A DNA stretch of 32,000 nucleotides, taken from positions 28,445 through 60,444 of the forward strand of contig DASYRZ010000054.1 in assembly GCA_036003865.1 (NCBI GenBank), read 5' to 3'. Positions 11,036-20,584 of the stretch are shown piece after piece. The stretch's first letter is position 1. The number at the start of each line of letters is the position of its first letter. A program made the translations under genes and the position numbers. The stretch is from Gemmatimonadales bacterium. GTDB taxonomy: Bacteria; Gemmatimonadota; Gemmatimonadetes; Gemmatimonadales; GWC2-71-9. Under the pieces are notes generated by a model that was given only the letters and a program-made list of their open reading frames with translations, searched no databases and was not told where the DNA came from.

Positions 11036-11604
11036 GCCTCGAGAAAATCCGCGGATCGCTCGACGACCTGGCGACACTCGCGGGCCGGGTCGCCGCGGAG
11101 CAGGCCGGCGAGATCGCGGCGATCGCCGATCGCTACGAGACGACGTTGCGCGGCGGCGGCACGCTGTTCTTCGCGGGCAATGGCGGCAGCGCGGCCGATG
11201 CCCAGCATCTCGCCACCGAGTACGTCGTGCGCTATCAGACCAACCGGCCCGCGATGCGCGCGGTCGCGCTCACGACGGACACGTCGTTGCTGACGGCGTG
11301 CGCGAACGACATGGGGTTCGACGAGGTGTTCGCGCGGCAGGTCGAAGCCCTGGCCGAGCCTGGCGATCTGCTCGTGCTGCATTCCACGTCCGGCGAGAGT
11401 CCCAACGTGATTCGCGCGGCGCAGGCGGCGAAGGCGCGGGGCGTCGGCGTCGTGGCCTTTCTGGGCAAGGGCGGTGGCCACCTCAAAGAGTTGGCCGACG
11501 CGGCGCTGATCATTCCCGCCTCCGATACCGCGCGCATCCAGGAGCTGCACCTCGCGATCGAGCACGTGATCTGCGATCTCGTGGAGAATCGGCTCACAGG
11601 ATGA
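11032..11604 (+). CDS. gmhA: SIS-domain D-sedoheptulose-7-phosphate isomerase (GmhA-like)
   Basis: FFAGNGGSAADAQHLATEYVVRY, NDMGFDEVFARQVEA, HSTSGESPNVIRA and RIQELHLAIEHVICDLVE align motif by motif with E. coli GmhA from memory. The GTG start overlaps the upstream stop (GTGA). Confidence 0.8.
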   Translation: MSLEKIRGSLDDLATLAGRVAAEQAGEIAAIADRYETTLRGGGTLFFAGNGGSAADAQHLATEYVVRYQTNRPAMRAVALTTDTSLLTACANDMGFDEVFARQVEALAEPGDLLVLHSTSGESPNVIRAAQAAKARGVGVVAFLGKGGGHLKELADAALIIPASDTARIQELHLAIEHVICDLVENRLTG

Positions 11605-12338
11605 TCGATCTCGCCGGGAAGCGGGCGTTCGTGACGGGCGGAGCACGGGGCATCGGGCGCGCGACGGCGCTGCTGCTGGCGAGCGCCGGCGCCAAGGTCG
11701 CAATCGGCTACCGTAGCCGCAAACCCGCCGCCGAGCCGCACATCACCGCCTCCGTCCGCGGGGACCTCGGCACCTCGACCGGGGCGAGCAAGGCCGTCGC
11801 CGAGGCTCTGCGCGCCCTCGGCGGAGCGCTCGACATGCTCGTGGTCAATCACGGCGTGTGGCCGCCCGACGATGTGCCCGTCGCCAAGCTGACCGACGAG
11901 CAGTGGGAATCCACGCGGCGCGCCAACCTCGATGGGGTGATCTACGTGTGCCGCGCGGCGATCCCCAAAATCACGGCTGGCGGGACGATCGTGCTGGTCG
12001 CGTCCACCGCGGGTCAGCGCGGCGAGGCGTTTCACGCCGACTACGCGGCCACCAAGGGGGCGGTGATCTCCCTGACGAAGTCGTTGGCGGTCGAGCTCGC
12101 CCCCAAGATCACCGTGAACTGTGTCGCTCCCGGCTGGGTGGATACGGAGATGTCGCAAAAGCCGTTTGAACGGGACGCGGGAAACGGGAGACGAGCGATC
12201 GAGAAGACGATTCCACTCGGGCGCATCGCTACGGCGGCGGATATTGCGGGACCCATCGTGTTTCTGTGTTCATCTCTCGCGCGCCACATCACCGGCGAAG
12301 TCCTGAATGTCAATGGTGGGTCGGTGCTGTGCGGTTAG
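11601..12338 (+). CDS. Short-chain dehydrogenase/reductase (FabG-like 3-oxoacyl reductase family)
   Basis: The motifs are GKRAFVTGGARGIGRA (TGxxxGxG), NHGV (the position of the NNAG motif), the YAATKGAV catalytic YxxxK, and NCVAPGWVDT. The ATG overlaps the gmhA stop (ATGA). Confidence 0.85.
   Translation: MIDLAGKRAFVTGGARGIGRATALLLASAGAKVAIGYRSRKPAAEPHITASVRGDLGTSTGASKAVAEALRALGGALDMLVVNHGVWPPDDVPVAKLTDEQWESTRRANLDGVIYVCRAAIPKITAGGTIVLVASTAGQRGEAFHADYAATKGAVISLTKSLAVELAPKITVNCVAPGWVDTEMSQKPFERDAGNGRRAIEKTIPLGRIATAADIAGPIVFLCSSLARHITGEVLNVNGGSVLCG
12171..12191 (+). repeat. Heptamer micro-repeat copy (gggacgc gggaaac gggagac), in frame in the SDR gene
   Basis: Read directly. It encodes RDAGNGRR and is the inverted partner of 12351-12371. 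Confidence 0.8.
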
Positions 12339-12350
12339 GTCACGTGGCTC

Positions 12351-12371
12351 GTTTCCCGTTTCCCGTGTCCC
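12351..12371 (-). repeat. Heptamer micro-repeat copy in inverse orientation (gtttccc gtttccc gtgtccc), intergenic
   Basis: Read directly. It fills most of the 34-nt SDR-cca spacer and ends 1 nt before the cca ATG. Confidence 0.8.
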
Positions 12372-12372
12372 G

Positions 12373-13536
12373 ATGAGTTTCCCCGCGCAGCTTCCCATCC
12401 CGTCCGAAGTTCTGAAGATCGCCAAGAGGCTCGAAGACGCGGGCTTCGAAACGTGGTGCGTGGGCGGGGCGATTCGGGATAACCTGCTCGGTGTCGCGAA
12501 TCACGATTTCGATCTCACGACCGCGGCGCCGCCCGGAGCGGTGCAGAAACTCTTCAAGCGCACCGTGCCGGTCGGGATCGAGCACGGCACCGTCGCGGTG
12601 CTCGACGCGCACGATCAGCCGCACGAGGTCACGACCTTCCGCAAGGACATTCAGACCGACGGGCGGCATGCCGTCGTGGCGTTCGGAGTCTCGCTCATGG
12701 ACGACCTGGCGCGGCGCGACTTCACGATCAACGCCATCGCCTATCATCCGATTCGCCACGAGTGGCGCGATCCGTTTCAGGGCGAGCAGGACCTCAGCAA
12801 GAAACTCATCCGCTCGGTGGGTGACCCGAACTGGCGCTTCCAGGAGGATTATCTCCGCATCCTGAGGGCCTTGCGATTCAGCGCGCGCTTCGAGTTCCGC
12901 ATCCACGCCCGCACGCTCGAGGCCGCCAAGGCCAACGCACAGGGGCTCGCGCAGCTCTCGGCCGAGCGTGTGCGAGACGAATGGTTCAAGGGTCTCAAGA
13001 CTGCGAAGAAGATGTCGAAGCTCGTGACCTTGTGGCGGGACGTGGGCGCCACGCGGATCTGGCTGCCGGAAATCGCGGGAAACGAGAAACGGGAAACGGG
13101 GAACGTGGACAAGCTGCCGCGAGATCCGGTGCTCATCACGGCTTACCTGGCGAAGGACCCGGCGTCGTTGCTCATCCGCTTGAAGGGCTCCAGCAAGGAC
13201 ATCGAGCGGGGGCGGGCGATTGGGACCTGGCGGGACAAGTATCCCGATGCAAAAGATCCAGCGGCGATCCGGCGCTGGCTTTCCGCGACGGGCGAGTACG
13301 CTGACGATTTGTTGACCCTGCCGTCCGCCCCCACGGCGCTCCTGAAAGCAGTCGCGGCAATCCGCGCGAAGAACCCACCCCTGGCACTGAAGGATCTCGC
13401 GGTGCGGGGTGACGATCTCATTGCCGCCGGCGTACGGCCCGGTCCGGATCTGGGCGAGACGCTGGCGCGGTTGCTCGAGGAAGTGCTCGAGGATCCGGCT
13501 CGCAACACCAAGGAGTATCTGCTCTCCCGTGTCTAA
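12373..13536 (+). CDS. cca: tRNA nucleotidyltransferase (CCA-adding) / poly(A) polymerase family protein
   Basis: WCVGGAIRDNLLGVANHDFDLTT is the class II NTase signature, followed by RRDFTINA and EDYLRILRALRFSARF. The start at 12373 is chosen because the track start at 12307 overlaps the SDR gene. Confidence 0.8.
   Translation: MSFPAQLPIPSEVLKIAKRLEDAGFETWCVGGAIRDNLLGVANHDFDLTTAAPPGAVQKLFKRTVPVGIEHGTVAVLDAHDQPHEVTTFRKDIQTDGRHAVVAFGVSLMDDLARRDFTINAIAYHPIRHEWRDPFQGEQDLSKKLIRSVGDPNWRFQEDYLRILRALRFSARFEFRIHARTLEAAKANAQGLAQLSAERVRDEWFKGLKTAKKMSKLVTLWRDVGATRIWLPEIAGNEKRETGNVDKLPRDPVLITAYLAKDPASLLIRLKGSSKDIERGRAIGTWRDKYPDAKDPAAIRRWLSATGEYADDLLTLPSAPTALLKAVAAIRAKNPPLALKDLAVRGDDLIAAGVRPGPDLGETLARLLEEVLEDPARNTKEYLLSRV
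13077..13104 (+). repeat. Heptamer micro-repeat copy (gggaaac gagaaac gggaaac ggggaac), in frame in cca
   Basis: Read directly. It encodes AGNEKRETGN. Confidence 0.8.
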
Positions 13537-14248
13537 CGCGCTGCTGTACGCGCTGGTCGCGGCCGCGGGCAACGTGCTCGGCGCGCTCGCCGTCACCCGG
13601 CGCGCGGTACGCGAGCTGCGCGTGATCGAGCTGCTGGTCGCCTTCGGCGCCGGATTCATGCTCGCGGTGGCCATCGTCGAGCTGCTGCCGGCGGCGCTGT
13701 CCCGCAGCGGCCGCGCCGCCCCGGCGTTGGTGCTCGTTGGGTATCTCGCCGTCCATCTCACACAACACACGGTCACGCCGCACTTCCACTTCGGCGAAGA
13801 AACGCATCCCGTGAGCTCCGTCGCGGGCACGTCGGCACTCGTGGGACTGCTCCTGCACACATTCTTCGACGGCGTGGCGATCGCGAGCGCGTTTCTGGTG
13901 CGTCCCGAGCTGGGTGTCATGGTGTTCATCGCGATCTTTCTGCATAAGTTGCCCGAGGGGGTGACGATCTCGAGCCTGATGCTGGCGGGCGGGCGGACGG
14001 GTGGCCGGGCGGTCGGGGCCGCGGCGCTGCTGGGTGTCGCCACGCTGCTCGGCGTCGTGCTCACCGAAGAGATGGGATTCCTCGTGCAGCACGGCCTGGC
14101 GCTTTCCGCCGGCGTGACGATCTACGTGGCGGCGTCGAACCTCGTCCCGGAATTCCAGGGTAAGCGGGGATGGAAGCTCCCGGCGGCTTTCTTTGCGGGA
14201 GCCGCGGCATTCTATCTAACCAAATTGATTATGGATACGGCTGCTTAG
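13529..14248 (+). CDS. zupT: ZIP-family divalent metal transporter (ZupT-like)
   Basis: The protein is multi-pass hydrophobic and carries the FLHKLPEGV motif (HxxPEG). The GTG start overlaps the cca stop. It is ~239 aa. Confidence 0.75.
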   Translation: MSNALLYALVAAAGNVLGALAVTRRAVRELRVIELLVAFGAGFMLAVAIVELLPAALSRSGRAAPALVLVGYLAVHLTQHTVTPHFHFGEETHPVSSVAGTSALVGLLLHTFFDGVAIASAFLVRPELGVMVFIAIFLHKLPEGVTISSLMLAGGRTGGRAVGAAALLGVATLLGVVLTEEMGFLVQHGLALSAGVTIYVAASNLVPEFQGKRGWKLPAAFFAGAAAFYLTKLIMDTAA

Positions 14249-14636
14249 GGGAATGGGGACTGGGGAATGGCGTTCGCCCGCGTCGGGCGTCAAGCGAACG
14301 TAGTAAGCCGATAAGCAGTCGCAGTGTCCGTTCGGCCAACGCGACGATCGATTCTCCGTTTGTTTTGGGAAGCAAGTCGAGATCCATGCTTATCTTTAGA
14401 TGACTATGCAGCTCCGCGGTCGATCCCAGAGATATTCTCAGGCACCGGATAAACTGGGCCGTCGTGCCCAGGGCGTACCCTTCCACCATGTTCGCTGGAA
14501 TGGACGTCGCCGCTCGACGAATCTGATCCGCCATCCCGAAATGCCGGCTGAGCGGTGGTTTGAGCGTCAGACTGTAGGCCGCGCGTGCGAGTTGCTGTGC
14601 GCATTTCCAGGCCTCGAGAGTCTCGAGTTGTTTCAT
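14229..14636 (-). CDS. Four-helix-bundle protein (23S rRNA intervening-sequence protein / Avd-like family)
   Basis: WKCAQQLARAAYSLT...FGMADQIRRAATSIPANMVEGYA...FIRCLRISLGSTAELHSHLKISMDL is characteristic of the TIGR02436/PF05635 family. The last ~14 codons read through the flanking heptamer repeat and into the zupT 3' end. Confidence 0.8.
   Translation of the reverse strand: MKQLETLEAWKCAQQLARAAYSLTLKPPLSRHFGMADQIRRAATSIPANMVEGYALGTTAQFIRCLRISLGSTAELHSHLKISMDLDLLPKTNGESIVALAERTLRLLIGLLRSLDARRGRTPFPSPHSPKQPYP
14248..14272 (+). repeat. Heptamer micro-repeat (ggggaat ggggact ggggaat ggcg): left terminal inverted repeat of the four-helix-bundle cassette
   Basis: Read directly. It matches the reverse complement of 14708-14732 at 22 of 25 positions. 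Confidence 0.85.
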
Positions 14637-14707
14637 GGTTCAATTATTAGTGAATCGATGCCCTTCGCTCGGATCCAACGCATGCATGGTAGAGTCAAAT
14701 CGACGCG

Positions 14708-14732
14708 CGCCATTCCCCATTCCCCAGTCGCC
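14708..14732 (-). repeat. Heptamer micro-repeat in inverse orientation (cgcc attcccc attcccc agtcgcc): right terminal inverted repeat of the cassette
   Basis: Read directly. It ends 8 nt before the rarA start codon. Confidence 0.85.
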
Positions 14733-14740
14733 GTCGTTCC

Positions 14741-16087
14741 GTGACTGAGCCCACGCTGTTTCAAGGCTCGACAGAGCCGTTAGGGGCCAGAATGCGCCCC
14801 AAGACGCTCGACCGGTTCCTTGGTCAAGAACATCTACTGGGACCCGGGAAGGCGCTCGGTGACTTGATCCGTCGCGGCGACGTGGGGTCGTGCATCTTCT
14901 GGGGCCCGCCAGGCTCGGGCAAGACCACCCTCGCCAGAATCATTGCCAACTATACGGACCGCCACTTCGAGCCGTTTTCCGCGGTCACTGAAGGCGTGGC
15001 CCGAGTCCGGGAAATCATCCGCGAAGCCGAGGACCGGCTCAAGTACCAGGGGCAGGGCACGATTCTGTTTTGCGACGAGATCCACCGCTTCAACAAGGCG
15101 CAGCAGGATGCGTTCCTGCCGTGGGTCGAGAACGGCGTCATCACCCTCATCGGCGCGACGACGGAGAACCCGAGCTTCGAGCTGACGAGCGCGCTCCTGT
15201 CGCGGTGTCGCGTGTTTGTCCTGGAACCGCTCACCGATGAGCACATCCGGATAATCATCGAGCGGGGGACTGGGGAATGGGGAAAGGGGAAGAGCGCCGG
15301 CGCGGTTCTGGGATTCGATGCAGACGCGCTGGACCTCTTGGTGCGCCATGCTCAAGGAGACGCGCGTCGGGCGTTGAATACTCTCGAAGCCGTCTTCAAG
15401 CACGCCGAGCACCAGTCCCCATTCCCCAGTCCCCTCGGTGCTGATCTAGTGCGGAGCGTGCTCGAAAAGCCGCTGCCAGTCTACGATAAGGCCGGTGAGC
15501 AGCACTTCAATCTGATTTCGGCATTGCACAAAGCGGTGCGCGGCTCGGACGTGGACGGGGCGCTCTATTGGCTCGCCCGCATGCTCGCGGGTGGCGAAGA
15601 CCCGCTCTACATCGCGCGACGGCTCGTGCGCATGGCGATCGAGGACATCGGACTCGCGGATCCGCGCGGCTTGACCGTCGCGCTGGCCGCGAAGGACGCC
15701 TACCACTTCCTCGGCAGCCCTGAAGGAGAGCTGGCGCTGGCCGAAGCGACGATCTATCTGGCCACGGCGCCCAAATCGAATCGGGTCTACGCCGCGTTCG
15801 GGGATGCGCAGGCGGCGGCCCAGGAGCATCCGGCGGAGCCCGTCCCGCTGCACATTCGCAACGCCCCCACAGGGCTGATGAAAGAGCTCGGCTACGGCGC
15901 AGGATACAAGTACGCGCACGAGTACGCGGACGGCTACGTCCCGCAGGAGTATCTGCCGGAGAGCCTGCGGGGGCAGAACTGGTATCGGCCGACCGATTTC
16001 GGATACGAAAAGACGGTCGCGGAGCGGATGGAGTTCTGGGCCAAATTGAAACAGCGAATGGCGCGTGGTGATTCATCCGAGACGTGA
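14741..16087 (+). CDS. rarA: Replication-associated recombination protein A (MgsA/RarA AAA+ ATPase)
   Basis: The motifs are Walker [12 protein letters not shown], Walker [13 protein letters not shown], sensor [11 protein letters not shown], and the C-terminal [26 protein letters not shown]...[11 protein letters not shown] and APKSN. Confidence 0.9.
   Translation: MTEPTLFQGSTEPLGARMRPKTLDRFLGQEHLLGPGKALGDLIRRGDVGSCIFWGPPGSGKTTLARIIANYTDRHFEPFSAVTEGVARVREIIREAEDRLKYQGQGTILFCDEIHRFNKAQQDAFLPWVENGVITLIGATTENPSFELTSALLSRCRVFVLEPLTDEHIRIIIERGTGEWGKGKSAGAVLGFDADALDLLVRHAQGDARRALNTLEAVFKHAEHQSPFPSPLGADLVRSVLEKPLPVYDKAGEQHFNLISALHKAVRGSDVDGALYWLARMLAGGEDPLYIARRLVRMAIEDIGLADPRGLTVALAAKDAYHFLGSPEGELALAEATIYLATAPKSNRVYAAFGDAQAAAQEHPAEPVPLHIRNAPTGLMKELGYGAGYKYAHEYADGYVPQEYLPESLRGQNWYRPTDFGYEKTVAERMEFWAKLKQRMARGDSSET
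15265..15292 (+). repeat. Heptamer micro-repeat (ggggact ggggaat ggggaaa ggggaag), in frame in rarA; four G4 runs with 3-nt spacers
   Basis: Read directly. It encodes GTGEWGKGK. Confidence 0.85.
15414..15434 (-). repeat. Heptamer micro-repeat in inverse orientation (agtcccc attcccc agtcccc), in frame in rarA
   Basis: Read directly. It encodes QSPFPSP. Positions 15416-15434 are a perfect 19-nt inverted complement of 15265-15283. Confidence 0.85.
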
Positions 16088-16219
16088 GTTAACGACAAGC
16101 GCCGCCTTGCGATACCCCTGCTAGACATCTGACACAAAGGATGATGACGCGCGTCACGGACGCTCTGGGCATGGGTTTGTAAACTCAGGCCCGAGCGAGC
16201 GCGCGGTGGAGAAAAGCGC

Positions 16220-16316
16220 TCGCACGCTGCTCAGAGCAAAGCCGTCGAAAGGCGGTGACGCAGAGCTACGGGGCTACGGCGGTTCGCCGCCATGCCAGCC
16301 GGGCCGCCAGCGGACC
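16220..16316 (+). promoter_or_regulatory. Candidate GEMM-I (cyclic-di-GMP-I class) riboswitch aptamer
   Basis: The core 16232-16274, CAGAGCAAA-GCCGUC-GAAA-GGCGGU-GACGCAGAGC-UACGGGGC, parallels the Vc2 core CAGGGCAAA-CCAUUC-GAAA-GAGUGG-GACGCAAAGC-CUCCGGCC (quoted from memory). The P2 stem carries compensatory changes and keeps the GAAA tetraloop. A P3 hairpin can be drawn (cgg/ggc/ggcgg-uucg-ccgcc/gcc/ccg) and a P1 pairing cgcug (16225-16229) with cagcg (16308-16312). The element lies 72 nt upstream of a surface-lipoprotein operon, in the same orientation. Confidence 0.6.
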
Positions 16317-16341
16317 ACGACACGGGTCTCGTTGGCGGCCC
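16301..16341 (+). terminator. Possible expression-platform hairpin overlapping the 3' side of the aptamer
   Basis: gggccgcca (16301-16309) pairs with tggcggccc (16333-16341). The 5' arm shares nucleotides with the P3 and P1 3' strands, so the two folds are mutually exclusive. The downstream tract ggtcgcattt is only weakly U-rich. Confidence 0.3.
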
Positions 16342-16383
16342 GGTCGCATTTGACAATGTCCCGGAGCAGCGGAGGCGGATCCG

Positions 16384-18014
<1,631 letters not shown>

Positions 18015-18024
<10 letters not shown>

Positions 18025-20444
18025 CGCGCGTGACCACTACGTCCACGCGTTCCTCGCGCCTCTTCCTTCTTAAGGCGTGCGTGCTGACGCTGGTGGTGAT
18101 CGCCTGCGAGTTTCCCACCCGCACGCCCAACGACCCGACCGCCGTGGTCGCCGTCTTGCCTCAATCCGTCGCCCTGTTTCCGAATCAGTCCATCACGTTC
18201 ATGGCGGTTGGTCTGACAGCGGCTGGCGACACGTCGCAGGCCGGTGTCACGTGGAGTGTCACGGGCGGCTCGGTGGGCAGTGAGAGTAACAGTCGCGGTC
18301 GCCATTACGTGCAGTACCAGGCGACCTCCGCCCCGGGGCAGTATCAGATCGCGGCGCAAGCACAGGACGGCCCGGCCGACACGGCGAGCATCACCGTGAC
18401 GTCGGCATCCGTCGCCTCCGTAACCGTGACCCCGTCGACAGCCAGTGTCGGTGTCGGGAGCACGGTGCAACTGACCGCCACGCTGAAAGACTCTGCGGGC
18501 AACTCCCTGAACGGGCGACCGGTGACGTGGGTCAGCGGCTCGCCGACGGTGGCGACGGTGGACGCGAACGGGCTGGTGATCGGCGTGTCCACGGGCAGCG
18601 CGACGATTACGGCGACGAGCGGCAGCGCCAGCGGGTCGGCCACGGTCACGGTCACGGGGCCCGCGCCGGTGGCTTCGGTCACAGTGACGCCGGCGACGCC
18701 GAGTATCGGCGTTGGGAATACCGTTCAGCTGACGGCCACGCTGAAGGACTCCGCGGGGAACACTTTGACCGGCCGGCCCGTGACGTGGACCAGCGGATCG
18801 CCGACCGTGGCGACGGTGAACGCGAGTGGACTGGTGACCGGCGTGTCCGCGGGCAGTGCGACGATCACGGCGACGAGCGGCAGTGTCAGTGGCTCGGCCA
18901 CGGTCACGGTCAGGCCGCCAGCGCCGGTGGCATCGGTCACGGTGACGCCGGCGACGCCGAGCATCGGCGTCGGGAACACCGTTCAGTTGACGGCCACGCT
19001 GAAGGACTCCGCGGGGAACACCTTGACCGGTCGGCCCGTGACGTGGGCGAGCGGATCGCCGACGGTGGCGACAGTGACTGCGACTGGACTGGTGACCGGC
19101 GTGTCCGCGGGCAGCGCGACGATTACAGCAACGAGTGGCAGCGTCAGTGGGTCGGCCACGGTGACGGTCACGCAGTCATCCGGCTCGGGCCCTATCACCG
19201 ACCCATGGGTCGTCCTCACAGAGCCGACGCTTCCCAAGCCCGGGGCGCTGACGCCGATACTCCCCGCGCCATACGGTTTGAAGGTGACGAGAATCGTCGG
19301 TGACCCCGGTTCGTCGTTTACGATGAGCGCGGGAGGGAGCGGGAGCTGGGGGTCCGACGCGCGCCATCACTATTCGGATGACCAGCCGTGGAACGCGGAC
19401 GGCACGTTGCTGATGTTGCAGAACAGCGGCTCGCCCGGTGATCTGTTGCTCGACGGTGCGACGTATGCGCCCTACAAGAGCGGGTGCAGCGACGGTGGGT
19501 ATGGTCGCTGGGTTCCGACAGTCGCGCATAAGTTCGAGCGGGTGTCCAATGAGGGTGGCACGCTGTTCTGGTACGATGTGCGTACCTGCGCGACCACCCG
19601 AAGCTGGAACCTTCCGTTCTCGGCCACGGCCGACATCGAGATGGGGGCCTCCAATGATGGGCGCTACCTCGCGCTCTCGGACGGCCAGCGGGTCTTCGTC
19701 GTAGACATGGATCCGCAGGCGCCGTACTCGCCCTATCCGAATCAACGGATCGGGCCGGCGTACGATTACTCGAGCTGCGGCGTGTCGAGCGGCTGTCAGC
19801 TCGACTGGACCCAGGTGTCGGCGTCCGGGAAGTACGTGATCGTGCATTTCGAGGGGGACTGGCAGCAGGTGCTCGACGTCAATCCGACCACGCTGGCCCT
19901 CACGCCGCGCGCCATGCCCAGCGGCTCGTATCGGTGCCACGGCACGGCGGCGCAAGGGTTCATCGAGGATCTTGGCCATCCCGACGTGGCGCTGAATCCG
20001 TTCGACAGCAACGAGGATGTGGTGATCGGGCAGGAGCACTGCGGCAACATCGGCAGCACGGTGAATGGGCAACTGATCGGCGGCGTGATGATGGTGCGGT
20101 TGCGCGATGGCGCGATCACGTCGCTCAGCGATCCGACGAACGAGTCGTATCCGTATCACATCTCGACCCGTAACCTCGATCGGCCCGGCTGGGTGTACGT
20201 GACGTATTGGCCGAGCGCGGGGGAGCGCTTCAACGACGAGATCGTGGCCTACAAGCTCGACGGCAGCGGGTCGGTCGAGCGCTATGCGCACAGCCACAGC
20301 AACTCGAGTGGCTGCTACCGGTGCGAACCGCACAGCGTGCCGGCGCGCGACGGGCGACGGATCCTCTGGGCCAGCACCTGGACGATCAATGGGACGGGCG
20401 GGTCCAGTTCCGTTACCCAAGCCTATGTCGTGGATGCCAGATAA
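18015..20444 (+). CDS. Lipoprotein B: Ig-like N-terminal domain, three tandem Big_2 domains, and a ~420-aa uncharacterised Cys/His-rich (beta-propeller-like) C-terminal domain
   Basis: The ATG overlaps the gene A stop by 10 nt. The lipobox is LVVIAC-EFP. The Big_2 consensus is VGxTVQLTATLKDSAGN...VTWxSGSPTVATV...GSATITATSG. The C-terminal domain (from ~19176) is paralogous to 25262..26695. Confidence 0.85.
18402..19175 (+). repeat. Three tandem 258-bp (86-aa) repeats, each encoding one Big_2 domain
   Basis: The unit starts at 18402, 18660 and 18918 are in register. Units 2 and 3 are ~90% identical at nucleotide level by eye. Confidence 0.9.
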
Positions 20445-20501
20445 GCGCTGGTCCCTGTAGCACTTCGCTTACGACTCTGCCGTAGCCGACCTGCAGACCC
20501 T

Positions 20502-20535
20502 ACGTCGCTCCGCGCTCAACAGTGCGGGGCGACGT
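20502..20535 (+). terminator. 12-bp GC-rich stem-loop downstream of gene B (possible terminator / transcript boundary, no U-tract)
   Basis: acgtcgctccgc (20502-20513) pairs with gcggggcgacgt (20524-20535), including one G-U pair, around a 10-nt loop. It lies 58 nt after the stop codon. Confidence 0.35.
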
Positions 20536-20584
20536 CGCTTAAGTGGCCACGTGACTTGGCCCGGATCGTGCTCATCGCGACCAC

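Noticed and set aside
14229-14636. A diversity-generating retroelement centred on the Avd-like four-helix-bundle gene
   Set aside because: The window contains no reverse transcriptase and no template/variable repeat pair with adenine-specific differences. The Big_2 repeat differences are not A-biased.
19176-20444. Assignment of the unknown domain as a beta-propeller phytase, which would fit thematically with the phosphatases
   Set aside because: The hallmark BPP motifs (DDPAIW-type and NNVD-RY-type) are absent. Only a generic propeller-like pattern is visible, so no enzymatic name is given.
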